Below, piece after piece: positions 1 to 7,892 of a stretch of 26,121 bases of DNA. The notes under the pieces are model-generated. The model had not been told where the DNA came from and did no database searches. It was given only the letters and a program-made list of their open reading frames with translations. A program made the position numbers and the translations under genes. The stretch is from a virus (taxonomy: Duplodnaviria > Caudoviricetes): IMG/VR virus record IMGVR_UViG_3300024275_000026, positions 1-26,121 of that record; one strand, written 5' to 3'. Positions within the stretch are counted from its first letter, which is position 1. Each line of letters begins with the position of its first letter.

Positions 1-572
1 CCGTCAATCTTCTCCTGGAGAATAAATCCGTCTTCTTTGGCCGATTTGACGTATTTCGGGACTGTTTTCCAGCGCTGAAGCATGTAGACCAGATCCGCCG
101 CCGAGTTCGCAACATAGGACATTGCCCTCTCGCCGTCACCGGACGGCTTGGAGACAAACGCTTTACCCTGCTTTTTTACGTAGGCGATAGCTGAATCGTA
201 GTCGTGAAACGTCTTGCCATCGATGCACGGCATCCCGCAATCTTCCATCACCTTCTGCCCAATCTCGCGATCCAGTTCCCATTCGACGGCATCCAGATTG
301 CAACCGAAGATCGGATACCCGATTCGCCGGAAGGGCTCCAGCAGGTCGAGATAGTGCGTGTTGTCGGGTGTGTAGATGAGATCCGCCCATCCGATCCACT
401 TCTTGCGAAGCTCGTTGAAATCGCGGATCTTGGTAACGAACCCTTCGCCCGCGTGGCGGTCCGTGCCATCGGGACGGGGTTTGTCGTACCAGCGCACCTC
501 ATGCCCTTGCATCTGCCAACGCATGCACAGGTCGAGCGCATTGGAACCTACGTCAATCACTAGTATTTTCAT
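1..572 (-). CDS. PurD (phosphoribosylamine-glycine ligase)-like ATP-grasp protein, 3' end beyond the window edge
   Basis: Translated by hand from ATG at 572, open to base 1: MKILVIDVGSNALDLCMRWQMQGHEVRWY...IGYPIFGCNLDAVEWELDREIGQKVMEDCGMPCIDGKTFHDYDSAIAYVKKQGKAFVSKPSGDG...FILQEKIDG. Rossmann-like start, G-x-P-I-F-G, F-x-D-Y-x-x-A-x-x-Y, V-x-K-x-x-G and (L/I)QEKIDG follow the order seen in PurD/ATP-grasp proteins. No clear Shine-Dalgarno. Confidence 0.8.
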   Translation of the reverse strand, partial: MKILVIDVGSNALDLCMRWQMQGHEVRWYDKPRPDGTDRHAGEGFVTKIRDFNELRKKWIGWADLIYTPDNTHYLDLLEPFRRIGYPIFGCNLDAVEWELDREIGQKVMEDCGMPCIDGKTFHDYDSAIAYVKKQGKAFVSKPSGDGERAMSYVANSAADLVYMLQRWKTVPKYVKSAKEDGFILQEKID

Positions 573-591
573 TTTGCATCTGCTATAGTGG
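561..591 (+). promoter_or_regulatory. sigma70-type promoter (TAGTAT-17-TATAGT, extended -10 TGc) for the small membrane-protein gene
   Basis: -35-like TAGTAT at 561-566 and TG-c-TATAGT at 581-589. Bases 572-591 match 22784-22803 at 19/20. Confidence 0.65.
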
Positions 592-614
592 TCGTAACAA
601 CCTGGGAGATCACC

Positions 615-800
615 ATGAAACTCGGAACAATTGTACTGGTCCTCGTTGCGCTTTTCGCTATGGGTACAGTCCTCGCTCCGTTTGCAGCAATCATCTACGC
701 GCTGTTCACCTTCTCACTAACCGAGATCATCAAAGGCGCGCTGATTCTATACGTCGCGCTGATCCCTTTGAGCATGTTCGCGCACGCGCGCAAGGGTTAG
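615..800 (+). CDS. small (61 aa) hydrophobic membrane protein, moron-like, antisense to the late genes
   Basis: GGAGA SD at 605-609 before ATG 615. MKLGTIVLVLVALFAMGTVLAPFAAIIYALFTFSLTEIIKGALILYVALIPLSMFAHARKG is almost entirely hydrophobic. Has its own promoter. Confidence 0.75.
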   Translation: MKLGTIVLVLVALFAMGTVLAPFAAIIYALFTFSLTEIIKGALILYVALIPLSMFAHARKG

Positions 801-2335
801 GGTGGCGGACGGTCTATAAGCCGCTGCGTTACGTCAGGGCCGAAGCGGTTATACGCTGCTGCCGCTGGCGAAGTGAGCGCCGCCACGCCGGTAGACGCTG
901 CCGTACCGATAGGGTGCGTCATCAGGTTCTGCATGAACGCGCGCTCCGCTGTCCCACTGGACGGAAGCGGTTTCATGAACTTCTGTCCAATGTCCGCCAG
1001 CTTGCCTAGATCGCCCGCCGCGCCTTGCGAGACCAGCGACTTTCCAAGCGCATTACGGTTCAACACGCCTAGCAGGAGCGCTGGCGGGATATCACCAGTC
1101 GGCGCCTTCGCTACCAGCGGTTCAAGCGTCTTGCCAATGGCGTAGAACTTGCGCGCCTGGTCGTACGCTACGCGGTCTTTGCTATCCATGAACTGGCTAC
1201 GATGCTCAAGAAGATCGTCTTGCAAATTGCTAAGCGCGCTGCGCAAATCGCCATTTGCGGTTTCTCGCATGCGTTTAGCAATCGCGGTATTGATGCGCCG
1301 GAAGGCTACCCCGTCCAACGTACGATCACCCGCCGCGCGCCCGCCGCCAAGAAGCTTTTCTGGTTTGCCTGCTGCCTTGTCGATCTGGTCAACGAAACCG
1401 TTCACGATGTTCGACACTTCCGGCAACTGGTTGGCGCCGTTCGCGCGCAGTTGCGCGACGAAGCCCTGGTTGATCGGAACGGGCGTCTTCTCCGCGATGT
1501 CGCCAATAGTCGTCCCAGCGTTCTGCATCGCTTCCGCGTATATCTTGCGCGTCAACTTCGGGCCGTCTCCACCCACCAGATCAACCAGCTTCTGATTGAA
1601 GACGGCGTTGTTATGCTCTCGCGTGTTTTTGACGAGTGGATTCTCGCCCGCCAGTTCCCCCGCGAACTTGCCGTACTTGTTCCCGTACACCTGGTCGGGA
1701 GTCAACCGGAAACCCATGCCGTGCGCCTCGCGCGCGAGATCCTTCGTTGCGGGGTCGAGGTCAGGCAACTTGTCGATAGCCTTGCGCGTCAGGGCCTTCA
1801 CAGGCGCCGCCGCCGTCCGGCCAACCGCGCGGTTAATATCCGCCGCGCCTTCCGCAGTCCGCAAAGCCGCGCCCGGAATCTCCGGAATGCGACCGATCAT
1901 CCCGCCTTCGACGGGCAAACCCTTAAGGCGGGACGCTTCAAGCGCTTTACCAACGCCTTCCGTGAGTTGCTGGCCGGTCTGCGTGCGCGGCTGGTAGGTC
2001 AGCTTGTTCGCGAGATCCACGCCCGCCTTCTCACCTTCCTGAATCCCGGCTTGTGTGCCGTACTTGCCGCTCGTCAATGTCTTGCCGATGCCGTACAGCT
2101 GACCGGCAGCGCCGCCCACTGCGCCCGTGGCCGCAGACAGACCGGCTTCGCCCAATCCAAGGATGCGGTGCGCGATGTCGTCGGCGTTCTTTTGCGGTTG
2201 CGCGGTCGGTGACGTTTCGGGCGGCAAGCGGTCAAGCGGCGCGACGGGCGCGGCCTGCTTGTACTTCTCCCACGGCGCGACAGGCGCACCGCTTTCCGGC
2301 GCGGCCTGTGCTGCGTACTTTTCCCAAGGGTTCAT
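797..2335 (-). CDS. putative DNA ejection/internal virion protein (third of three)
   Basis: Starts MNPWEKY via ATGA overlap with the upstream stop. Repeated PWEKY motif, Ala/Gly-rich helical composition, last gene of the virion cluster as for podovirus ejection proteins. Confidence 0.7.
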   Translation of the reverse strand: MNPWEKYAAQAAPESGAPVAPWEKYKQAAPVAPLDRLPPETSPTAQPQKNADDIAHRILGLGEAGLSAATGAVGGAAGQLYGIGKTLTSGKYGTQAGIQEGEKAGVDLANKLTYQPRTQTGQQLTEGVGKALEASRLKGLPVEGGMIGRIPEIPGAALRTAEGAADINRAVGRTAAAPVKALTRKAIDKLPDLDPATKDLAREAHGMGFRLTPDQVYGNKYGKFAGELAGENPLVKNTREHNNAVFNQKLVDLVGGDGPKLTRKIYAEAMQNAGTTIGDIAEKTPVPINQGFVAQLRANGANQLPEVSNIVNGFVDQIDKAAGKPEKLLGGGRAAGDRTLDGVAFRRINTAIAKRMRETANGDLRSALSNLQDDLLEHRSQFMDSKDRVAYDQARKFYAIGKTLEPLVAKAPTGDIPPALLLGVLNRNALGKSLVSQGAAGDLGKLADIGQKFMKPLPSSGTAERAFMQNLMTHPIGTAASTGVAALTSPAAAAYNRFGPDVTQRLIDRPPP

Positions 2336-3879
2336 TGCACACGCTCCCAACTGGACGGAGAAGCCGGGTCGCCGCCTTTGAAGCGGTAACCACTCTCGAC
2401 GGTGCCGACTGCCGGACCACCGGTTCCGGGTTCGGTAGGCTCCGCGCGTCCGCTGATCCGTGCCTTCTGGCGCGCCATGACTTCAGTCGGGGCCTTCTGC
2501 GCTGCTGCCATTTCCTTTTCCATCACGTTGAGCACCGCGTTCAACTGATCCGGCGTACTGGCCGTGGACAGCAGTTCGCGTGCGTGCTCCTTGTCGGCCA
2601 CGGTTGGGACGCCTGTCGGGCTGATCGCACGGGCGTAGGCGTTGATCGACGTGTTGATGGCCGTGCCCAGCGCCACAACGCGCGGATCGCCTGTATTCGT
2701 CTGCGCGGCCTGCAAAGCGCGGTTCACGGGCACGAACTCCGTACGCGGAAGCGCGGCGGACGCCTGGCGGACCAGCGGGAAGGTGTTCTTCGCTTCCGAT
2801 ACCGCCATGCCGATGTTCGCGGCGCGCGTGGCGCCTGTGCGTGCGGCTGCCTTCTCGCCCTGGAATCCGGCGTTGGCCGCCGCAATATCCGCGCCCGTCT
2901 CACCCGCTTCGCGCGTCTGCCTCATGACTTCGCGCCGCAGAGCAATGATGTTCTTCGCGCCCTGCGCGCCGCGCCCGAGATTCTGATAGACGGACGTGTC
3001 CCCCTGGCGGGCCTGTTCCGCAAGAAACTTCAGGTCATCTGGCGAGAACTTCGCGTCGTCGCCATTGCTCAACGCAACCTGCTGTTTGCGAAGCGCGATT
3101 GACTCACCGCGCAGCGCGGCAGACTCCCGCGCAGCGTCGGCGCGCTGCTGGATGCTCAGGCGCCGGTCTTCCGATGCCTGTTGCGCCGCCTCGCGGCGTT
3201 GGTCCAGTGCGTCGTGCCGATCCTGAACCGCCTGCAACTTCAACTCGTTGTTGAACTGCTGCTGCAGCTGCGCGGCCTGCGCTTTCGATGCTGAATCGAG
3301 AACCGGGGTCAACTGCGTGAGCCCTGCCATCAGGTCCGCGCCAGATAGACCCTGATCCTGAAGCACCTTCACCGCGCCCTGAAGCGTCAGCGGCCCCCCG
3401 CCCTGTTGGGGAGCGGTTGCCGCAGCCTGAGCCGGCGGCGCGGGGATAGCGCCTTGCGGTGCCGCGACGGACTGAGGCGGCGTGGTCGGCATCGGACGGA
3501 AGGGCGGAAGCTGACCCTGCGCACCTTGCGGGATACCACCAGGGGGCAACGGGGGTTGCACGCCACCCGGCGCCGGACCCTGACCCGGAAGCGGAGCCGC
3601 GCCTTGCGGTTGCTGCATAGGCTGCGACGCCTGGCCCGGTGCGGGAGGCTGTGGGGGAGGCGGCATTTGCGGTTGCTGCGCCGGCATCCCGCCTTGCAGG
3701 AGTTGAGGCAAAGCGTTACCCGCTGCCGCCTGCGCGGCCTGCTGACGTTGCCGGTCCTGCTGCTGTTGCTGAAACTGCACCAACTGTTGTTGCTGTTGCT
3801 GTTTCGCAAAGTCCTGTTGCTGTAACTGCTGCTGGTACTGGAGGAAGTACGGCAGCGCGCCCACGTTAAACCCTGCCAT
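2332..3879 (-). CDS. putative DNA ejection/internal virion protein, Gln/Pro-rich N-terminus
   Basis: 515 aa. Poly-Q then P/Q/G-rich region, then coiled coil. C-terminal VGTVESGYRFKGGDP...WE tail is of a kind often seen in podophage ejection proteins. Confidence 0.7.
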   Translation of the reverse strand: MAGFNVGALPYFLQYQQQLQQQDFAKQQQQQQLVQFQQQQQDRQRQQAAQAAAGNALPQLLQGGMPAQQPQMPPPPQPPAPGQASQPMQQPQGAAPLPGQGPAPGGVQPPLPPGGIPQGAQGQLPPFRPMPTTPPQSVAAPQGAIPAPPAQAAATAPQQGGGPLTLQGAVKVLQDQGLSGADLMAGLTQLTPVLDSASKAQAAQLQQQFNNELKLQAVQDRHDALDQRREAAQQASEDRRLSIQQRADAARESAALRGESIALRKQQVALSNGDDAKFSPDDLKFLAEQARQGDTSVYQNLGRGAQGAKNIIALRREVMRQTREAGETGADIAAANAGFQGEKAAARTGATRAANIGMAVSEAKNTFPLVRQASAALPRTEFVPVNRALQAAQTNTGDPRVVALGTAINTSINAYARAISPTGVPTVADKEHARELLSTASTPDQLNAVLNVMEKEMAAAQKAPTEVMARQKARISGRAEPTEPGTGGPAVGTVESGYRFKGGDPASPSSWERVQ

Positions 3880-3888
3880 GATCGCCCC

Positions 3889-4905
3889 TTACATGGTGAA
3901 GCCGTACGAGTTCCCGCCGCCGCTGTAGTACGGGCTGGACGTGAACGCGCCGCTGAAGTCGCCGCCACCGAAAGATCCTGTCGTACCGCCAAACAGGTTT
4001 CCGAAACTGCCGGCGTTCTGGTAGGCATTACCAAGCCCTTGGACGCCTTGACCAATAGCCTGACCCCCGATAGCCCCCGCCGCGCCCGCGCCGGCCATCT
4101 GGTTCTGGTACGGCACGGCCTGTGCTCCCTGACCGTAATTAGCGTACGGGATAAACTGGTTCTGCAACCCCTGACCGGGGCCATACACATTCGAATTCAG
4201 GAACGATCCGAACTGGTTCGCCAGGTTCCCCGGCGTGGCGGAAATCCCCAGCGCCGTCTGATAAGGCAATTGCCCGCTCTGCAACGTGGCCTGACCTCCC
4301 TCCTGTCCGAGAGCGCCCGCCTGCCCGTAAGCCTGTCCAGCGCCTTGGGCGCCTGCCAATTGGCGTTGCAGTTGCTGGTTCTGCCAGTCGATATTAAAGT
4401 TGCCAAGCGCCTGATTCGCGACGCCTGCGCCGGCAGCACTGGACCCAAGCCCGTACATGCTGTTGGTTACGCCCGTCTGGTCCTGCAACTGCTGGAGGGT
4501 GCGGTTGTACAGCGCGTTTTGAGGATCGAACGCGGTCTGGTACAACTGGTTCCCGGCTGCGAACTGGTTATCCGCTGCGCCGCGCAACTGCCCTCCTAGA
4601 GCGCTGTACTGCTGGCTCGCCGTGTTGGCGGCGTTCTGGTACAGGTTGCCGTAGTTCGCCTGTGCTTCAAGCCCCTGGTTCAGGGATTGATTACCGTATT
4701 GCGCCAGGTTGTACTGGAGATAGTTGTTGTAGTTCTGGTTCTGGATCGCCTGCCATTGCTGGTCGGCGGTGCTCAATCCCGTGGGCACGTAATAGCTGCC
4801 GGGGCCCCCACCTCCCGACCCCCCCGAACTGGAAGGCGATATTGCGCTGGAAATTGCCGAACCGGCAACTGATGCTGCGACTCCTGCCGCGACTCCCCAA
4901 GGCAT
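3889..4905 (-). CDS. putative DNA ejection/pilot protein (P22 gp7-like position)
   Basis: 338 aa. Small-residue hydrophobic N-terminus (MPWGVAAGVAASVAGSAISS), G/Q/N/A-rich, nearly no charged residues. GGAG SD upstream. Confidence 0.7.
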   Translation of the reverse strand: MPWGVAAGVAASVAGSAISSAISPSSSGGSGGGGPGSYYVPTGLSTADQQWQAIQNQNYNNYLQYNLAQYGNQSLNQGLEAQANYGNLYQNAANTASQQYSALGGQLRGAADNQFAAGNQLYQTAFDPQNALYNRTLQQLQDQTGVTNSMYGLGSSAAGAGVANQALGNFNIDWQNQQLQRQLAGAQGAGQAYGQAGALGQEGGQATLQSGQLPYQTALGISATPGNLANQFGSFLNSNVYGPGQGLQNQFIPYANYGQGAQAVPYQNQMAGAGAAGAIGGQAIGQGVQGLGNAYQNAGSFGNLFGGTTGSFGGGDFSGAFTSSPYYSGGGNSYGFTM

Positions 4906-4908
4906 GAT

Positions 4909-5190
4909 TTACTCCTTCTCAATGTCCGGGTCCGCTATCGCTTCCGAGTGAATGCAGAGCCAGGTGATGTCTGTTAGTGCCTGAATCCGGTGCTTCTTTC
5001 CGGCTTTGATTTCCAGCATGCAAGGGCCGTGCAGAACGTACAGTTCGCCATCTATGTCTACGCTTGCATGGCCCGCGCCAAGGTAGCTAAGGTGGTCGTA
5101 GTCGTGAACGTGCTTCTCAACCACTTGCCCTGTCAGTAGCGTCTGTTCGCGCACGTACACACCGCCGGCAGAAAAGTGATGCTTTATCAT
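4909..5190 (-). CDS. cupin-fold protein
   Basis: MIKHHFSAGGVYVRE... with H-x-H-x-x-x-H (HVHDYDH) and second motif I-x-A-G-x-x-H. ATGA overlap with the upstream hydroxylase. Confidence 0.8.
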   Translation of the reverse strand: MIKHHFSAGGVYVREQTLLTGQVVEKHVHDYDHLSYLGAGHASVDIDGELYVLHGPCMLEIKAGKKHRIQALTDITWLCIHSEAIADPDIEKE

Positions 5191-5750
5191 CGCTCGCACC
5201 GCAGGCAGATAATCAGCGTGATCCGGTCATCCGGCCCGTCGTTCACGACTTCGTGCTCTTTCAGGTTATCGAAGTACCAGACTTCGCCTGGAGCCATCGA
5301 CACCCGTTCATCTTCCACGCGGTTCACGCATTGCGGATTCGACTGCAAAACCACGTACAGCTTGGTATTGTAATACTTCGCGTGCCACCCGTCGTCAGCA
5401 TGGGGCTCGATCCTCCCGCCCGGCGGTATGCGGGTAATCATCACCCCGCCAATCCGCACCGCGCGCACCCGGTGGGCGAGATCGAAAACGATCTGGTGGA
5501 GGGACGGCAGCGCGAACCATTCCGGGTAGAACTTCGCGTCATGCTCATCGTTGAACTTCGAGTAGTCGCCCGATTCCTTGAACGGCTTCTCGTCGTTGTA
5601 TCGCAACCAGATATCATCCATTGCCGCGTGCGGAGTTTCAGGCGCGGTCTTCCGGACCGTGTGCCGGTTCCACAGCTTCGGCTGGCGCGCAATCTCGAGA
5701 AGCATCGGCGCCGTGTCGATCCCCGCTGCGATTTTTATCAGATTCCTCAT
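5187..5750 (-). CDS. aspartyl/asparaginyl beta-hydroxylase-like 2OG-Fe(II) oxygenase
   Basis: Start MRNLIK at 5750 (ATGA overlap with holin stop). Motifs PGGRIEPHAD (HxD), GEVWYFDN..EHEVVN (distal His) and DRITLI (2OG-binding Arg). Confidence 0.85.
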   Translation of the reverse strand: MRNLIKIAAGIDTAPMLLEIARQPKLWNRHTVRKTAPETPHAAMDDIWLRYNDEKPFKESGDYSKFNDEHDAKFYPEWFALPSLHQIVFDLAHRVRAVRIGGVMITRIPPGGRIEPHADDGWHAKYYNTKLYVVLQSNPQCVNRVEDERVSMAPGEVWYFDNLKEHEVVNDGPDDRITLIICLRCER

Positions 5751-6130
5751 TTGGAAACGCCCTTTACGCGTTCGAAAGTGTGCAAACCGCCAAGCCCCAG
5801 CATGCCCATCAGAACGGGCATCATCTCCGACAGATCGGCAGGACTCAGCGCGATAGGGTGGCCGGCGAGCGCCAGACCGAGCTTTGCGATAGGCAGGCCC
5901 ATCCAGTTCCATACGCAGGCCATGCCGCAAGCCCATCCGATGAACGGACGCCAGCCGGCCACGAACGTGCTTTCGTTGCTCGCTTCAACCTGATTGATCG
6001 CCATTTGTCCCTGGACCATCGTCAGGACGGCGGCCAGTTGCTGCTGCTCCTGCGCGCTCTTGTCCGGCCAGATTTTTTGAACGACGGTGTTGGCGAAGTC
6101 CAGCCCCGCCGTGATAGGGTCTAGCGCCAT
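5747..6130 (-). CDS. holin (GTA/3TM holin-like family)
   Basis: GGAG SD before MALDPIT. Contains FVAGWRPFIGW and MLGLGGLHTFERVKG motifs with hydrophobic segments. Adjacent to the endolysin. Confidence 0.8.
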   Translation of the reverse strand: MALDPITAGLDFANTVVQKIWPDKSAQEQQQLAAVLTMVQGQMAINQVEASNESTFVAGWRPFIGWACGMACVWNWMGLPIAKLGLALAGHPIALSPADLSEMMPVLMGMLGLGGLHTFERVKGVSK

Positions 6131-6681
6131 GATTCGCTCCAGTAGCCGTCGCCAACGCCTAGCGTCGTGCAGCACATCTTCCACAGGTTCACGCGGTCAT
6201 CGTACCCGTTCAGTCCGCCGTTGATGGCCTTCGTGATGCCTTCGAAGTCCATCACATCAGCCGCGACGTTCAGGCCGTGCGTATTCCAGAACCATGCCGC
6301 CGATTGCGCGGCGTTGCCGGGTTGCTCCAGCAGTTCAGGGTGATCCGTCAGCGGCAACACGAGAGCATCCCCGCACCGCTGATAGTTCGTGCGGCCCGTA
6401 ACCTGAATCAGGCCACGGCCCCGGAACTTGAACCCGTCGCCCTTTTCGGTGTTGCCGAGATCCGCGCGGCCTTCGTAGCGCTCCTGAGCGGGCGTCGGCC
6501 CCCACAGTTCGCGCACGTAAATCAGGCGTCCGGATTCGTGGCCGATCTGCGCGATGAACGCAGCCTGACGCTTTGGCGAATCGATCGCATAAAGCGCCAT
6601 TGCCGCAGACAGCGGATCAGCCCACGTTTGCGCGCGAGTGAGAGGAATCCCAAGGCAGGCTGCAAGCTCTTCCGGAATCAC
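6121..6681 (-). CDS. endolysin, glycoside hydrolase family 19
   Basis: AAFIAQIGHESG, FRGRGLIQVTGRTNY, SAAWFW and INGGLNG motifs. Confidence 0.92.
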   Translation of the reverse strand: MIPEELAACLGIPLTRAQTWADPLSAAMALYAIDSPKRQAAFIAQIGHESGRLIYVRELWGPTPAQERYEGRADLGNTEKGDGFKFRGRGLIQVTGRTNYQRCGDALVLPLTDHPELLEQPGNAAQSAAWFWNTHGLNVAADVMDFEGITKAINGGLNGYDDRVNLWKMCCTTLGVGDGYWSESWR

Positions 6682-6890
6682 AGCTTGCCCACCAGCGTCA
6701 GCAGTTCCGTCACCTTGTCCGGCGTCGCCTTGCTGCCGTCGTCAATGATCGCCGTGAACTGGTTCGTCAGCGTCGTCATTTCCTGTGCGCGAGTCTGGAT
6801 ACCCATGAGGTTTTCCAGTTTCGTAGCTACGCTGTCGGCGCTTCCGATTACCGCGTTGTAATCTGCTTCGATCTGTGCCCAAAACGACAT
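6678..6890 (-). CDS. hypothetical protein (70 aa, helical) in the lysis region
   Basis: Start MSFWAQ at 6890 after AGGGG SD. Stop overlaps the endolysin GTG (GTGA). Fills the gap between neighbours. Confidence 0.7.
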   Translation of the reverse strand: MSFWAQIEADYNAVIGSADSVATKLENLMGIQTRAQEMTTLTNQFTAIIDDGSKATPDKVTELLTLVGKL

Positions 6891-6900
6891 GATATTGCCC

Positions 6901-7092
6901 CTATTTAAAGAACTTCCCGAAACCGCCGGCAGCGCCATAGGCGGCAAGCCAGAGTATGAGGTAAAAGCACGCCTTCCACACCAGGGAGAGAACGCCCTTC
7001 CCGATATTAAGCTGGAAACGCTGTGCAGCACGTCTTTCCAGTTCATCAACGATAGCTTTAACATCGCTTTCCGTAAGCGTCCTGTTTTCCAT
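6901..7092 (-). CDS. small single-TM protein, possible holin/antiholin
   Basis: 63 aa with charged N-half, hydrophobic segment VLSLVWKACFYLILWLAAYGAAGG and basic tail. First gene of the lysis block. Confidence 0.6.
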   Translation of the reverse strand: MENRTLTESDVKAIVDELERRAAQRFQLNIGKGVLSLVWKACFYLILWLAAYGAAGGFGKFFK

Positions 7093-7115
7093 GCGTTTCC
7101 CCGGAATGTTTCGTA

Positions 7116-7889
7116 TTATGCATATTCGTAAATTATGACGAGGCCGCTAGCACCTGCCCCGCCCACCGCAGTACCGTTAGTGTTGATACCTAGCGCCCCG
7201 CCGCCGCCCGCACCGAATCCCGCTCCGGGTGCCCCCAGGAGTAAGGTCGTCCCGTTCGCGCCGAAGGCCTGGCCGCCTGCGCCCCATCGTGTATCAGCAC
7301 CCTTGCCTGATATGGCGTTCGCCACCGTAATGGAGAAGGCGAAGTCCCCTGCCCCCCCGCTTATGTTTTCAGTGCCCCCCGATGCCGCGCCTCCAATTCC
7401 AGGAGTGCCTAGCACGCTGGCGGAACCCGATACAACCGTTGCACCGCCTGTTCCGCCGCCGGCGGTAACTCCTGCAAAGGTTGTACTGCCTCCCGTGCCG
7501 CCGCTTCCTGTAGAGAAGGCGCCGCCCGTGCCGATGCTCCCGGTGAGGCCCGTTAAAGCGGCGATACGTCGGTAAAGGACGTAGGCCCCTGCGCCGCCGC
7601 CGCCGCCGCCCGCCGCCGAGCCTACCGACGTGGGGACGCCGCCGCCCGCGCCGCCCGCACCCACAATTTCAGCAATGAACGAACTGGCTCCCGTGGTTGG
7701 CGTGTAAGTGAACGCTCCGGGTGTACCGAAAACCTGAAACCCGATCAGTGCGCCAGAGGAGATCGTGCCTATGGGGGATGCGCCCGCGTTCACCTGGTTG
7801 ACGATGAAGTTAAAGTCCGCCATGACCTGCGACGCGTCAGCAACCGTGCCGTTCAGCAAGATGTTAGGAAGGGTGCCGATGATAGCCAT
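7116..7889 (-). CDS. glycine-rich tail fibre-like protein
   Basis: N-terminal NGTVADASQVMADF anchor-like motif followed by a Gly-rich domain (VGAGGAGGG...GGGGGAGAY...GASGLVIIYEY). Follows the tail genes. Confidence 0.75.
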   Translation of the reverse strand: MAIIGTLPNILLNGTVADASQVMADFNFIVNQVNAGASPIGTISSGALIGFQVFGTPGAFTYTPTTGASSFIAEIVGAGGAGGGVPTSVGSAAGGGGGGAGAYVLYRRIAALTGLTGSIGTGGAFSTGSGGTGGSTTFAGVTAGGGTGGATVVSGSASVLGTPGIGGAASGGTENISGGAGDFAFSITVANAISGKGADTRWGAGGQAFGANGTTLLLGAPGAGFGAGGGGALGINTNGTAVGGAGASGLVIIYEYA

Positions 7890-7892
7890 TAT

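Noticed and set aside
163-563. Track ORFs 163..399(-), 204..563(+) and 248..541(-)
   Set aside because: They overlap the PurD-like frame (572 to edge), which has recognisable motifs. These ORFs have none.
3755-3840. CTG/TTG triplet run as a possible non-coding repeat or CRISPR
   Set aside because: It encodes the poly-Gln tract and has no repeat-spacer structure.
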